A DNA stretch of 32,000 nt from Nitrospinota bacterium (GCA_029881495.1 JAOUMJ010000008.1:7160-39159); one strand, 5' to 3'; shown: positions 1 through 10,146, counted from the first letter of the stretch. The notes: a model not told the origin generated them from the letters alone. Numbers and translations: made by a program.

Positions 1-2
1 CC

Positions 3-1784
3 TTCTTTCAGCTTGTCGGGCTTCCGGCGGATGAAAGGGCAATAACTAACACCGTCTACTCGTGGATAGAGGTCGGCGATATGAACGTAAACGTATCGTT
101 CCTCCTCGATCCGCTTTCGGGATTGTGGCTTCTTGTCGTTACCGGCGTAGGGTTCCTCATTCATGTCTACTCGGTCGGTTACATGGATCACGACCATTCG
201 TATTGGAGATTTTTCACATACCTAAATCTCTTCATGTTCTCCATGCTGATGCTCGTGATGGGTGACAACTACCTCCTGATGTTCATCGGGTGGGAAGGGG
301 TGGGGCTCTGCTCATACCTCCTTATAGGATACGACTATCACCGTGATGCCGCCGCCGTTGCCGGAAAGAAGGCGTTCGTGATGAACAGGATCGGTGATTT
401 CGGATTCATACTCGGCATATTCCTCATCTTCGTGACGTTCGGCTCAATCAACTATCACGACGTTTTCGGCTCGGCCCACAACGTGTTGACAGAAGGGGGC
501 GTTATAGTCACGGCGATTGCGTTGCTTCTGTTTGTCGGCGCGGTCGGTAAATCGGCGCAGATACCGCTTTACACATGGCTTCCCGACGCGATGGAAGGCC
601 CTACTCCCGTTTCTGCTCTCATTCACGCGGCGACGATGGTTACCGCTGGTGTATATATGGTCTGCCGCTCCGCCGTTCTCTTTAATATGGCGCCGACAGC
701 GATGATGGTTGTCGCCGTTATCGGATGCGCGACCGCAGTGTTCGCGGCGACCATCGGTCTTTTTCAGAAAGATATTAAACGCGTCCTCGCATATTCGACA
801 GTTTCACAGCTCGGCTACATGTTCATGGCGGCTGGAATAGGGGCATATGTTGCCGCGGCGTTCCACGTTATGACCCACGCGTTTTTCAAGGCGTGCCTCT
901 TTCTTGGCTCCGGCTCGGTTATTCACGGACTTTCCGGCGAGCAGAATATGGACAAGATGGGGGATCTTAAAAAGCATATGCCGAGAACTTACTGGACGTT
1001 CCTTATCTCAACGCTCGCTATCTCCGGCATATTCCCTTTTGCCGGGTTCTTCAGCAAGGACGAAATTCTCTACTCTACATACAATTCAGGGAGCCTGGTG
1101 CTTTGGGGTATCGCATCGGTAGCCGCCGGAGTGACGGCGTTCTACATGTTCAGGGCGGTATTTATGACCTTCCACGGCGAGAGCAGGGTGGAGCCGGAGG
1201 CGATGAAGCATCTTCACGAATCTCCAAACGTGATGACAATGCCGCTGATAATCCTCGCCGGTCTCGCGACAGTCGGAGGTTTCCTCGGTATACCGATGAT
1301 TGAGGGGGCGAACGTGCTTCATAATTTCCTCGGGCCGCTCTTTGAAGCGGGGCGCCACGAAGCGGCGCATGACACCGCGCATCACTCCGCCGCTCTTGAG
1401 CTCGGCCTGATGGGGCTTTCACTCGGCATCGCGATCATCGGCATTTCGCTGGCGTACTACTTCTATATAAAGAATACGGCTCTGAGGGACAGCCTGTACG
1501 GCACGTTCAAGGGAATACATAAAGTTATCTTTAACAAATACTATGTGGATGAGATCTACGACGCGATATTCACGAATCCGATAGTAAGCGTCTCAAGGGA
1601 ATTCCTGCACAAGGTTATTGACGTAGTAATCATCGACGGCCTTGTGAACGGAGTCGGCTCTTTCTTCACGACGCTCAGCGAAATGGCTAAAAGGATGCAA
1701 CCCGGCATGGTCCGCCACTACGCGCTTACGATGCTTGTCGTTTCGATCATGATGGTCAGCTACTTTCTCTGGGGAGCAAAATGA
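3..1784 (+). CDS. nuoL: NADH-quinone oxidoreductase subunit L, 5' end truncated by window
   Basis: Frame 3 is open from the window edge (FFQLVGLPADERAITNTVYSWIEVGDMNVNVSFLLDPLSGLW...) and joins the listed ORF at 81. Carries typical NuoL motifs YLLIGYDYHRDAAAVAGKKAFVMNRIGDFGF and KSAQIPLYTWLPDAMEGPTPVSALIHAATMVTAGVY. Confidence 0.97.
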   Translation, partial: FFQLVGLPADERAITNTVYSWIEVGDMNVNVSFLLDPLSGLWLLVVTGVGFLIHVYSVGYMDHDHSYWRFFTYLNLFMFSMLMLVMGDNYLLMFIGWEGVGLCSYLLIGYDYHRDAAAVAGKKAFVMNRIGDFGFILGIFLIFVTFGSINYHDVFGSAHNVLTEGGVIVTAIALLLFVGAVGKSAQIPLYTWLPDAMEGPTPVSALIHAATMVTAGVYMVCRSAVLFNMAPTAMMVVAVIGCATAVFAATIGLFQKDIKRVLAYSTVSQLGYMFMAAGIGAYVAAAFHVMTHAFFKACLFLGSGSVIHGLSGEQNMDKMGDLKKHMPRTYWTFLISTLAISGIFPFAGFFSKDEILYSTYNSGSLVLWGIASVAAGVTAFYMFRAVFMTFHGESRVEPEAMKHLHESPNVMTMPLIILAGLATVGGFLGIPMIEGANVLHNFLGPLFEAGRHEAAHDTAHHSAALELGLMGLSLGIAIIGISLAYYFYIKNTALRDSLYGTFKGIHKVIFNKYYVDEIYDAIFTNPIVSVSREFLHKVIDVVIIDGLVNGVGSFFTTLSEMAKRMQPGMVRHYALTMLVVSIMMVSYFLWGAK

Positions 1785-3337
1785 ATTTACCGATACTTTC
1801 AATTCTGACCTTCGTGCCGCTGGTTGGCGCGCTCATCATACTCTTCCTCAAGAGCGAGAATAAAAAGCTGATAAACGGAGTGACATTCGCGACCGGCGTT
1901 ATCGATTTCATTCTCTCCATTCCGCTCTTCTTCATGTTCAAGGACGGGACTTCGGAGATGCAGTTCGTTGAGAGGCACGAGTGGATAAAGAGCTTCGGCA
2001 TTGAATACTACATGGGGGTAGACGGAATTTCTCTCTTCATGGTGCTTCTCACCACGTTCACCTGCATGATCTGCTACCTCTCCACATGGACGGCAATAGA
2101 AAAGAACGTGAAAGAGTTCAATATCATGATGCTGGTGCTTCAAACGTCGATGATAGGCGTTTTCTGCGCGCTTGATTTTGTGCTCTTCTACTTCTTCTGG
2201 GAGCTGATGCTCATACCGATGTATATCATCATCGGCGTGTGGGGCGGTCAGCGAAGGATCTACGCCACTGTAAAGTTCTTCATTTTTACTATGGCAGGCT
2301 CGGTGCTGATGCTTTTGGCCATTCTAGTTCTTTATGTTGAAAAGCACGCGCAGACGGGGGTCTACACTTTCGATATTCTTTCATATCACGGAATCTCGCT
2401 TAACCCTGTTGCGCAGATGTGGCTCTTTCTTTTCTTCTTCATCGCGTTTGCCATAAAGGTTCCGCTCTGGCCGGTGCATACATGGTTGCCGGACGCGCAC
2501 GTGGAAGCGCCTACCGCCGGGTCGGTGATTCTTGCCGGCATTCTCCTGAAGATGGGGACGTACGGATACCTGAGATTCGCGGTACCGATCTTCCCCGAAG
2601 CGGCCTACTCATCGATCTGGTGGGTGTCGTGGATAGCGATAATCGGAATCATTTACGGCGCGCTCGTCGCGATGGTACAGGATGACATCAAGAAACTTGT
2701 CGCTTACTCATCCGTGAGCCATCTCGGTTTTGTGGTGCTTGGAACATTCGCATTCAACGTGAGGGGGATCGAAGGGGCGCTGATGCAGATGATAAATCAT
2801 GGTATATCCACAGGCGGGCTCTTCCTCCTTGTAGGCGTTCTATATGAAAGACGGCACACAAGGCTCATCAAGGAATACGGCGGGATCACGAAAGTGATGC
2901 CGAAGTTCGCCGTGGTATTCATGATAGTCACGCTGTCGTCCATCGCGCTTCCCGGCACGAACGGCTTTATCGGCGAGTTCCTTATACTGCTCGGCGTGTT
3001 CGAGGCGAACAAACTTTACGCCGTCTTCGCATCAACGGGTGTGATCTTCGGAGCGGTATACATGCTCTGGATGTATCAGCGCGTGATGTTCGGCGAAGTG
3101 ACGAACGAAAAGAATAAAAATCTGCCCGACCTTACAAAGAGGGAGATGGCCTATTTCGCTCCGCTCATATTCGTGATCTTCTGGCTCGGCGTCTATCCGA
3201 ATCCGATATTGAAAAAGATGGAACCGTCGGTAAAGGCGCTTATCTCAGATGTGGACAAGGCGCGCAATGCCTCCGCGGAAAAGCGCGAATTTCTTCTCGC
3301 GAAGGCCGACAATATCAGCACGGATGAGGTGAAATAG
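1781..3337 (+). CDS. nuoM: NADH-quinone oxidoreductase subunit M
   Basis: 518 aa overlapping the nuoL stop by 4 nt; motifs FFWELMLIPMYIIIGVWG, VPLWPVHTWLPDAHVEAPTAGSVILAGILLKMGTYG. Confidence 0.97.
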   Translation: MNLPILSILTFVPLVGALIILFLKSENKKLINGVTFATGVIDFILSIPLFFMFKDGTSEMQFVERHEWIKSFGIEYYMGVDGISLFMVLLTTFTCMICYLSTWTAIEKNVKEFNIMMLVLQTSMIGVFCALDFVLFYFFWELMLIPMYIIIGVWGGQRRIYATVKFFIFTMAGSVLMLLAILVLYVEKHAQTGVYTFDILSYHGISLNPVAQMWLFLFFFIAFAIKVPLWPVHTWLPDAHVEAPTAGSVILAGILLKMGTYGYLRFAVPIFPEAAYSSIWWVSWIAIIGIIYGALVAMVQDDIKKLVAYSSVSHLGFVVLGTFAFNVRGIEGALMQMINHGISTGGLFLLVGVLYERRHTRLIKEYGGITKVMPKFAVVFMIVTLSSIALPGTNGFIGEFLILLGVFEANKLYAVFASTGVIFGAVYMLWMYQRVMFGEVTNEKNKNLPDLTKREMAYFAPLIFVIFWLGVYPNPILKKMEPSVKALISDVDKARNASAEKREFLLAKADNISTDEVK

Positions 3338-3339
3338 AG

Positions 3340-4788
3340 ATGCCTATACAGATACCATCGGTAAATCTTCTGGCGATCGCGCCGGAGCTTCTCCTCACGG
3401 CTGTTGCGTGTTGCGTGCTGATAATGGACGTCTTCTCCACAAAGAAGGGTGGAGCATATCTTGCCTATTTCACCTTTGCCGGTCTCGCGACCGCAATGGC
3501 GATAGCGCTTGCGCCGCAGGCGGAGACGTTCTCCACGTTTTCGGGGATGTACTCGGTTGACAGGTTCAGTCAGTTTTTCAAAGTGATCTTTCTGATGGGG
3601 ACGATGCTCACGGTTCTGATATCGGTGAGATACGCTCATGACAACCGGATAAATCACGGAGAGTATTACGCGCTCCTTCTTTTCGCTACGACCGGCATGA
3701 TGTTCATGGGCGCCGGCAAAGATATGATGACCATCTTCCTCGGGCTGGAGCTTCTCTCCATTTCGCTTTACGTCCTTGTAGGATATACAAGGACAAGGCT
3801 GGAATCGAACGAGGCGTCGCTGAAATACTTCCTGCTTGGCGCGTTCGCTACCGGTTTCCTTCTGTACGGCATGGCGCTGATCTACGGGATAACGGGTGAG
3901 ACCAATCTTCCGAAGATCGCCGCAAAGCTCGCGGAGAATACTGAGAACAGGGTCATCCTCACCATCGCGATGGGTATGCTTCTGGTTGGTTTCGGCTTCA
4001 AGATAGGCGCGGTGCCTTTCCATCAGTGGACGCCAGATGTCTATCAGGGCGCGCCGATCCCGATCACCGCATTTATGTCGGCAGGGCCGAAGGCGGCTGG
4101 GCTCGCCGCGCTCCTCAGGGTTTTCGTTGAGGCTTTCAATTACTCCCAGGTGAGCTGGACCATCTGGATAGCCCTCCTCGCGGTCCTTACCATGACGGTC
4201 GGAAACGTGGCGGCGCTGGTTCAGAAGGATCTAAAGAGAATGCTCGCATTTTCATCGATCGCCCACGCGGGGTACGCTCTTGTCGGTGTTTCCGCGGCGA
4301 ACAGCGACGGCCTGTCGTCGGTCATGTACTACCTCCTTGTATACACCTTCATGAATATCGGCGCGTTCGGGATCTTCACCCTTGTGGCAAGACAGAACGA
4401 GCAGGATACGAGCGTGGAGTCGTTCAGGGGATTCGCATATACAAATCCGCTCCTTGCGGCGGCAATGACGATATTCATTTTTTCACTTGCGGGAATACCG
4501 CCAATGGCCGGGTTCCTGGCGAAGTTCTATGTATTCATGTCGGCGGTCGCCGCAGGTAAGGTAGGTCTCGTTCTTGTTGCCGTGCTGAATTCGGCGATAG
4601 GGGTGTACTACTATTTGAGGGTCGTTGTCGTCATGTACATGAAGGATGCCGAATCGGGGGTCGAGATTCCCAAAGCGTCACCTTCTCTCGTGGCCGCGAC
4701 TATCCTTGCGGTCTTCGCCATAATGAAGCTAGGCATTTCACCGGGGTATTATCTCGAGATGGCCAGCAAGGCGTTCTTGACCTTCTAG
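3340..4788 (+). CDS. nuoN: NADH-quinone oxidoreductase subunit N
   Basis: 482 aa immediately after nuoM; motifs FLGLELLSISLYVLVGY, VPFHQWTPDVYQGAPIPITAFMSAGPKAAG. Confidence 0.96.
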   Translation: MPIQIPSVNLLAIAPELLLTAVACCVLIMDVFSTKKGGAYLAYFTFAGLATAMAIALAPQAETFSTFSGMYSVDRFSQFFKVIFLMGTMLTVLISVRYAHDNRINHGEYYALLLFATTGMMFMGAGKDMMTIFLGLELLSISLYVLVGYTRTRLESNEASLKYFLLGAFATGFLLYGMALIYGITGETNLPKIAAKLAENTENRVILTIAMGMLLVGFGFKIGAVPFHQWTPDVYQGAPIPITAFMSAGPKAAGLAALLRVFVEAFNYSQVSWTIWIALLAVLTMTVGNVAALVQKDLKRMLAFSSIAHAGYALVGVSAANSDGLSSVMYYLLVYTFMNIGAFGIFTLVARQNEQDTSVESFRGFAYTNPLLAAAMTIFIFSLAGIPPMAGFLAKFYVFMSAVAAGKVGLVLVAVLNSAIGVYYYLRVVVVMYMKDAESGVEIPKASPSLVAATILAVFAIMKLGISPGYYLEMASKAFLTF

Positions 4789-4900
4789 CCCCCTCTCTTT
4801 TCGCATCCGCCGGGCAGTGCGGGCAAAATACCATTTGCGCCGTCTGCTGTTTTGAAAAGAGAAAAAACCGTGTAGAATCTTGGCTAACAAACTCCAATGT

Positions 4901-4987
4901 GCCGGAGTGGTGAAATTGGTAGACGCAGGGGACTCAAAATCCCCCGGGGGCAACCTCGTGTCGGTTCGATTCCGACCTCCGGCACCA
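4901..4987 (+). tRNA. tRNA-Leu (anticodon CAA), CCA encoded
   Basis: Acceptor GCCGGAG/CTCCGGC, anticodon stem GGGGA-CTCAAAA-TCCCC, long variable arm, T-arm GGTTCGATTCC, ACCA end. Confidence 0.97.
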
Positions 4988-5198
4988 TTTCCATAATCAA
5001 TCTCAATCAGTTCAGCCGCTTCCTCATATAAGGGTATCAAATTCAAACGAGGTTGCTGCTTTGGCCATTCTTTTTGTCTATAGAAGATTCTGGGAGTTTC
5101 CAGCTTACAGTACCCGGAGTAACCCCCGTAGCCGCAAGGATATATAGATAGATTCAGGTTCATCAAGATGAAATTCTAGTATGTGATGTTTTGATGAG

Positions 5199-5242
5199 AA
5201 AAAGGAGGTTGCCGGGTCGGTGGTTATAGTACCGACCCGGCA
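5199..5242 (-). terminator. Intrinsic terminator-like hairpin at the end of the fliK-flgD-flgE unit
   Basis: Perfect 12-bp inverted repeat TGCCGGGTCGGT (5210-5221) / ACCGACCCGGCA (5231-5242); read on the minus strand it is followed by ACCTCCTTTTT. Confidence 0.65.
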
Positions 5243-5319
5243 GAGAACAGGGCGATTAGGGCATTAAAGGGAGCCGGGCGAGTGTTTTATTTACTCACCC
5301 CGGTCTTCCCTGATGGTCA

Positions 5320-6573
5320 CTAACGTTTCAGGTTAACTGCTTCTGTAAGCATATCGTCTGTCGTCGTGATGATTCGCGACGCGGCCTGGTAGGCGCGCTG
5401 GTGCTGTATCATCTTTACGAACTCAGACGCCAGATCGACGTTTGAAAGTTCAAGCGCGGAACCGAGGATGGTGCCAAGACCGCCGATACCCGCGGAGCCG
5501 AATATCGGCTGACCCGAATCGGCTGTTTCCGCGTAGAGCGATCCGCCCATCCTTTCTAGTCCCCACGGACTTGTGAATTTCGTCACGACAAGCTGGTAGA
5601 GAGGATCGGTCTGTCCGTTTGAGAATAGCCCGGTCACGACCCCGTCGGTACCTACCGAAAGGCCTTTCAATACTCCGTTCGAGTATCCGTCCTGTTCGAT
5701 AAATGTTGTTGTCGAAGGGGCGACATAGCTTGTTATGTCGGCATACGATGTTCCGTTCGGCTGAAGCGTCAGCCAGTTCATGCTGATCGCACCCGCGCCG
5801 GTAGTCGTAAAGTTGTTTATGGCGACCGGAGGGGGAGTAACGCCGCCTGAAGCGGACGAGAGGAGGTTGCCAGTTGTGTTGAATACAAGGGTTCCGGTCG
5901 CGCCCGAAGTAATAGTGCCTGACGATGATGTGATCGCGTAATCCCAGTTAAGCGCCGACGCTTTTGTGAGAGCGAAGTTCAGAGTGATCCTTTCACCAAG
6001 ATTATTGTATGTATCGAAGCTTGTATTGAATGTGGTGCCAGCGCTTGCCGATGCGTTCAGGTTCAGCCCGATTTTGAAATTCGACGTCGCGCGCGGCATC
6101 GACTGCACGCCCGCCAGATCGATATTGGACTGGAGGCCGGAAACAGTGGAGCTACCGGCTATGGTTGTAGTGATCTTGCGCCCCTGAACAACGAAATTGT
6201 TCGGATTCACAAGTCTTCCTCTGTCATCTATCGTAAACTGTCCCGCTCTTGTGTAATAGAAGGACTGGTTGGGCTCATCGTATACACGGAAAAACCCGTC
6301 ACCCTGAATGGCGACGTCCGTGGCGTTTCCGGTTGTTTCAAACGAGCCTTGTGCCCAGCTCGGTGAGATATCGTGGGTATAGACGCCGCGTCCCATCTGC
6401 ATGATGGTGCTTCCATTCGCCAGCGAGTTGGCAAGTATGTCGGAAAATATAGACCGGTTGGCCTTGTATCCGATCGTGTTCACGTTGGCGATGTTATCGC
6501 CTATTACGTTCATAGAGTTTCCCATTGTCAGTATGCCACTGACTCCGGTTCCCATTGCGCTTTGTAGACTCAT
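5320..6573 (-). CDS. flgE: Flagellar hook protein FlgE
   Basis: 417 aa; N-term SLQSAMGTGVSGILTMGNSMNVIGDNIANVNTIGYKANR and C-term VDLASEFVKMIQHQRAYQAASRIITTTDDMLTEAVNL typical of hook proteins. Confidence 0.95.
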   Translation of the reverse strand: MSLQSAMGTGVSGILTMGNSMNVIGDNIANVNTIGYKANRSIFSDILANSLANGSTIMQMGRGVYTHDISPSWAQGSFETTGNATDVAIQGDGFFRVYDEPNQSFYYTRAGQFTIDDRGRLVNPNNFVVQGRKITTTIAGSSTVSGLQSNIDLAGVQSMPRATSNFKIGLNLNASASAGTTFNTSFDTYNNLGERITLNFALTKASALNWDYAITSSSGTITSGATGTLVFNTTGNLLSSASGGVTPPPVAINNFTTTGAGAISMNWLTLQPNGTSYADITSYVAPSTTTFIEQDGYSNGVLKGLSVGTDGVVTGLFSNGQTDPLYQLVVTKFTSPWGLERMGGSLYAETADSGQPIFGSAGIGGLGTILGSALELSNVDLASEFVKMIQHQRAYQAASRIITTTDDMLTEAVNLKR

Positions 6574-6610
6574 TGTATCCTCCTTTTATAACCTTTGTTC
6601 CCTGTTCTGT

Positions 6611-7315
6611 TTATATTTTTGGCTTGGCCTGGGTTGCGCCAGGCTCAGTTATTTGATTTACATCACCCATCATTACCCTGTTGCCTCCAACGTGGAGCTG
6701 GGTGATACCGTTCACCATGCTGATACCGGTCACTAATCCACGGGTGTATGTGCTTGCATCGATGGATGTGCCGTTGCCGTCAACGGCATTCACGCTGTAA
6801 GCGTATATTCCGGCCGGTACCGGATTTCCTTTGTGATCTTTCGCATCCCACTTGATGGTCTGTTTGCCGGCGCGGGTGTGGCCCTGATCCAGGCTTCTTA
6901 TCACGTTGCCGTCCTTGTCCAAAATGTTGACTGTAACTGCGGACGCTTCAAATGGAAGTTCATATGAGATATCAGAAGCGATGCCGCTTCCGACGTGTAT
7001 CGAATTTCCGTTTGCTTCAATCTCTTTGCCGATGATGTTCAATGCCTGTGTGTTGTTAAGCGAGCTTGAAAGCGTCTGCAGTCCTACAAGGTTGTCGTTC
7101 ACGCTGAACAGCTGTTCAAGCGAGCTGAACTGCGCCATCTGTGCGGTGAATTCAGTATTGTCCATCGGGGAAAGAGGGTCCTGATTTTTCAACTGCGCGA
7201 GAAGAAGAGTCAGAAACTGATCCTTCCCCATCATCGCCTCTTTTCTAGCTTTGCTTGCCGCCGTTGTTGCGCTTGCGCCAGCTGTTTGAGTACCTGTTGT
7301 TGCCGCCGTATTCAT
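6611..7315 (-). CDS. flgD: Flagellar hook capping/assembly protein FlgD
   Basis: 234 aa; MGKDQFLTLLLAQLKNQDPLSPMDNTEFTAQMAQFSSLEQL signature. Confidence 0.95.
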   Translation of the reverse strand: MNTAATTGTQTAGASATTAASKARKEAMMGKDQFLTLLLAQLKNQDPLSPMDNTEFTAQMAQFSSLEQLFSVNDNLVGLQTLSSSLNNTQALNIIGKEIEANGNSIHVGSGIASDISYELPFEASAVTVNILDKDGNVIRSLDQGHTRAGKQTIKWDAKDHKGNPVPAGIYAYSVNAVDGNGTSIDASTYTRGLVTGISMVNGITQLHVGGNRVMMGDVNQITEPGATQAKPKI

Positions 7316-7332
7316 CTAAATAACCTCCTTGA

Positions 7333-8829
7333 TTACGCGGTGACGTACACCGTGGAATTCCTTACCGCTCTTCGCGCTTCCGCTTTTTCGGAAACGATAG
7401 TCTCTTCGCTCTTTACAGCTTCAGAATCTTTAAATCCATCCAGATATGCTGCTTTTTCCCTGTAATCATCATTCGCGTTCCCGGACTGTGAAAATTTGGT
7501 CTGCTTGTCATTTATATCGACAGTTATCTCTTCCACGTTCACGCCCTGGTCTGCAAGGATCGCCTTAAGCGAGTTGATGTTTTCCTCTACGATCTTCTTT
7601 ACCTGGCTGTTTTCAACTACTATCGAGCCCTTCACTATCGCGTCCTGAACAACTATTTTGATATCAACAGAGCCGAGATTCGCGGGGGTAAGGGATATTC
7701 TCGCTTCAGTTTTGTTCGGAAGAGAAAGGATCTTCGCCTTTTCAACTATCTGGTTGAATACCTTGTCGGCTGTTGTCTGCCTTGGAACGTCCCTAAGCTC
7801 TTTGGTTTGGCCCGCGGATTCAACGGTGTTTGTTAAGCCTGTCTGCGCGGCTGAACCGAGCGCGTTGCCTTTATTATCAGTGACTGTTCCCTTTGCCGCG
7901 GAGTTTTGCACCGCTCCATGGAGAGCGGTCTTGACATCTTCGACCATATTTCCGGTAGAAGAAGTATTTTGCTTGCTGTTTTCATTTACGCTGTTTTTAA
8001 ATTCATCCTGCGTAACCTTGCTCTCAGCCGCCTTTCCGGAAAGGAATGGACTGTTGTTGCGTTCTTTTGTGTCGTTGCCGCTTGCCGATTTGTTTTCGAT
8101 TTGGATCGACTCTATTTTCAGTTCGCTTGCAAGCGCGTCAGCCTGTTCGGTCGATAGATCGAGGAGCTTTGCAAGCTTTTCCGTTGCGTCGGCGCCTGCG
8201 ACCAACTCTGCGTCAGTTTGTATGTCCATCTGTGAGGCGATCAATTCATTGAGATCTATCGTCTCGCCGTTTTGAAGGACGGCCATGAGTGAATTATTCG
8301 AATTTTTATCTATCTGAATTTCAACTTCGGCAAGTTCCTGAACGGAAATCCCCAGGAGTGCTGAGAGTTTTGATAGCTGTTCGTCGCTCAGATTGAGCTT
8401 TTCTGCAAGTTCTGCCATTGTGATCGTTTTTTTGTCAACACTCTTTACCGCTTCGGTGGCGGTATTTTCTGTATTGGATGTTTCCGACACAGTCTTTACA
8501 TCCTCTCCCTGCGGGTTCACGGTTTCGGTTTGAGCATTATTTTCAGTTGCTGGGCTGTTTTCGGATTTTTCGATTACGCTTTTTGCTCTCTCCATGACCG
8601 ATCTTTTAGGATCAATGTTTCTGCTCTTGTGTGTGTTTTCAGAAGAGGTCTTGGGTTTTACCGATTCCCTGGCTTCTAACCTGTGGTTTGCGGAGCTTTC
8701 CAGCGAGTTTTCGAAAACTGCCTGGAAGCTTTCGTTTGCATTGCTCTTCCCCATGCTGTTGCTGAATAAACCGGCCTGCTGGGCAACACCCATGAACATG
8801 TTTAAATCAACTTTCATATCCTGTTTCAT
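7333..8829 (-). CDS. fliK: Flagellar hook-length control protein FliK
   Basis: Long low-complexity N-terminal part plus C-terminal region TEARISLTPANLGSVDIKIVVQDAIVKGSIVVENSQVKKIVEENINSLKAILADQGVNVEEITVDI. ORF track opens at 8910, but ATG at 8829 (MKQDMKVDLNMF) has a good SD (AAAGAGGAA). Confidence 0.85.
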   Translation of the reverse strand: MKQDMKVDLNMFMGVAQQAGLFSNSMGKSNANESFQAVFENSLESSANHRLEARESVKPKTSSENTHKSRNIDPKRSVMERAKSVIEKSENSPATENNAQTETVNPQGEDVKTVSETSNTENTATEAVKSVDKKTITMAELAEKLNLSDEQLSKLSALLGISVQELAEVEIQIDKNSNNSLMAVLQNGETIDLNELIASQMDIQTDAELVAGADATEKLAKLLDLSTEQADALASELKIESIQIENKSASGNDTKERNNSPFLSGKAAESKVTQDEFKNSVNENSKQNTSSTGNMVEDVKTALHGAVQNSAAKGTVTDNKGNALGSAAQTGLTNTVESAGQTKELRDVPRQTTADKVFNQIVEKAKILSLPNKTEARISLTPANLGSVDIKIVVQDAIVKGSIVVENSQVKKIVEENINSLKAILADQGVNVEEITVDINDKQTKFSQSGNANDDYREKAAYLDGFKDSEAVKSEETIVSEKAEARRAVRNSTVYVTA

Positions 8830-8870
8830 AAATTCCTCTTTAGTTTTTCGTTTCGTTAGCCGAATATATA

Positions 8871-8886
8871 AACAACGTCTGTGCCA
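8871..8886 (-). promoter_or_regulatory. Candidate sigma-54 -24/-12 promoter for fliK-flgD-flgE
   Basis: Minus-strand TGGCACAGACGTTGTT versus consensus TGGCACGNNNNTTGCW; perfect -24 box, one mismatch in the -12 GC; about 40 nt upstream of the fliK ATG. Confidence 0.6.
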
Positions 8887-9205
8887 ATTCCATAACAGGC
8901 AAAAAAACAATAAGATATCTGCTCACGTCTCTTAATACAGGCAGATGAAATGAGGAAAAAGTTGCCTCCGGGGGCAAAAAATACCGTTTCTGGCCTCCTT
9001 TCCCACTATGCCAGGGAGTTTTTGCCTACCCCACCACCTGGTCGATATTCATGCTTCTTTGGCATGAGAATTTCACTTGCTGATGTATACAGTTGTAAAG
9101 CTGGCTTTTTGACGAATTTGGCATTTTTTCGGGTGAAGGACAAGTGTGATTAGAACATGGTATCTAACGCATTGAAATATAAAGATATATATAAAAACAC
9201 AAATT

Positions 9206-9221
9206 AGGCACGTTGATTGCT
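9206..9221 (+). promoter_or_regulatory. Candidate sigma-54 -24/-12 promoter for flgB operon
   Basis: AGGCACGTTGATTGCT versus TGGCACGNNNNTTGCW (one mismatch, GG-N10-GC exact), about 45-60 nt upstream of flgB. Confidence 0.75.
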
Positions 9222-9265
9222 TATTAATAAGGAAGAAATGGTTTTTTATAGGAATTTTGACGGTA

Positions 9266-9679
9266 ATGAATATATTTGGACTTGAATCAAGGGCGCTTAA
9301 GGTTGCGGAGCGGTCGCTAGACCTGGTCTCGAAGTCGACCATGGCGGTAACCTCCAATATTGCCAATAGCGAAACGCCCGGATATACGGCGATGAAAGTG
9401 GAATTTGAAAAGAATTTCGACCGGGCTTTGAGTTCAGGGAGCAACCCGGATATTGGAAGGGGCGGGATGTTATTAACGGATCCAAAACATATCCCGCTTT
9501 CAGGAATTGAAGATGTTCAGGGAATGGTAGATTCGGTAAAGACGGGCGAAAGGATAGACGGAAACACGGTAAACCTCGACGAAGAGATCACCGCGCTAAA
9601 GGAGCTCAACCTGAAGTACTCGCTTTACAGCAATATTTCGGGCATGGAGCTAGGCAGGCTGAAAGAAGCCATTAAATAA
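9266..9679 (+). CDS. flgB: Flagellar basal-body rod protein FlgB
   Basis: MNIFGLESRALKVAERSLDLVSKSTMAVTSNIANSETPGYTAMKVEFE. ORF track begins at a TTG (9257), but the ATG at 9266 fits the family start better. Confidence 0.93.
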   Translation: MNIFGLESRALKVAERSLDLVSKSTMAVTSNIANSETPGYTAMKVEFEKNFDRALSSGSNPDIGRGGMLLTDPKHIPLSGIEDVQGMVDSVKTGERIDGNTVNLDEEITALKELNLKYSLYSNISGMELGRLKEAIK

Positions 9680-9714
9680 CGAAATTGATTTATTAAGAAT
9701 AAGGAGAAACCGCA

Positions 9715-10146
9715 ATGGATCTATTAACCGCAATGAAAATAAGTTCTTCAGGTTTAAGCGCACAGCGGACGAGGATGAATGTGGTTTCAAGCAACCTCGC
9801 AAACGTGAACACCACACGGACGCCTGAAGGGGGTCCATACCGCAGGAAACAGGTGATGATGGGCGCCGTCCCGGTGGAGCAGAACGGTTTTCAAAAGGTC
9901 TTGTCGAGCGAGATAAGCGAGCCGAAGGTTCTTGGGATCGAAGAGGACCAGAGTGAATTCCAAAGGGTATACGACCCTTCGCATCCCGACGCGGATGACA
10001 AGGGCTACGTCTATCTTCCAAATGTAAATGTAATGAAAGAGATGGTGGATATGCTTTCTGCCACCAGGGCGTATGAGGCAAACGCGGCCGTTATTGGAAG
10101 CGTGAAGGATATGGCACAAAAGGCCATTGATATTGGAAACAGGTAA
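9715..10146 (+). CDS. flgC: Flagellar basal-body rod protein FlgC
   Basis: 143 aa; MDLLTAMKISSSGLSAQRTRMNVVSSNLANVNTTRTPEGGPYRRKQVM, C-term NVNVMKEMVDMLSATRAYEANAAVIGSVKDM. Confidence 0.96.
   Translation: MDLLTAMKISSSGLSAQRTRMNVVSSNLANVNTTRTPEGGPYRRKQVMMGAVPVEQNGFQKVLSSEISEPKVLGIEEDQSEFQRVYDPSHPDADDKGYVYLPNVNVMKEMVDMLSATRAYEANAAVIGSVKDMAQKAIDIGNR

Noticed and set aside
3193-4023. 276-aa minus-strand ORF
   Set aside because: Fully antisense to nuoM/nuoN, low-complexity His/Arg-rich product; explained as a shadow ORF of a GC-biased coding strand.
4738-5166. Minus-strand 142-aa ORF containing RNRTDTRLPPGDFESPASTNFTTPA
   Set aside because: This string is the antisense translation of the tRNA-Leu at 4901-4987, a known misannotation signature; not a protein gene.
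7658-8275. 205-aa plus-strand ORF
   Set aside because: Antisense shadow of the repetitive low-complexity region of fliK.
8951-8980. Small GC-rich hairpin TTGCCTCCGGGGGCAA, considered as a riboswitch or terminator
   Set aside because: Stem is short (5-6 bp) and lacks the conserved core of GEMM (c-di-GMP) or other riboswitches; not enough to call.
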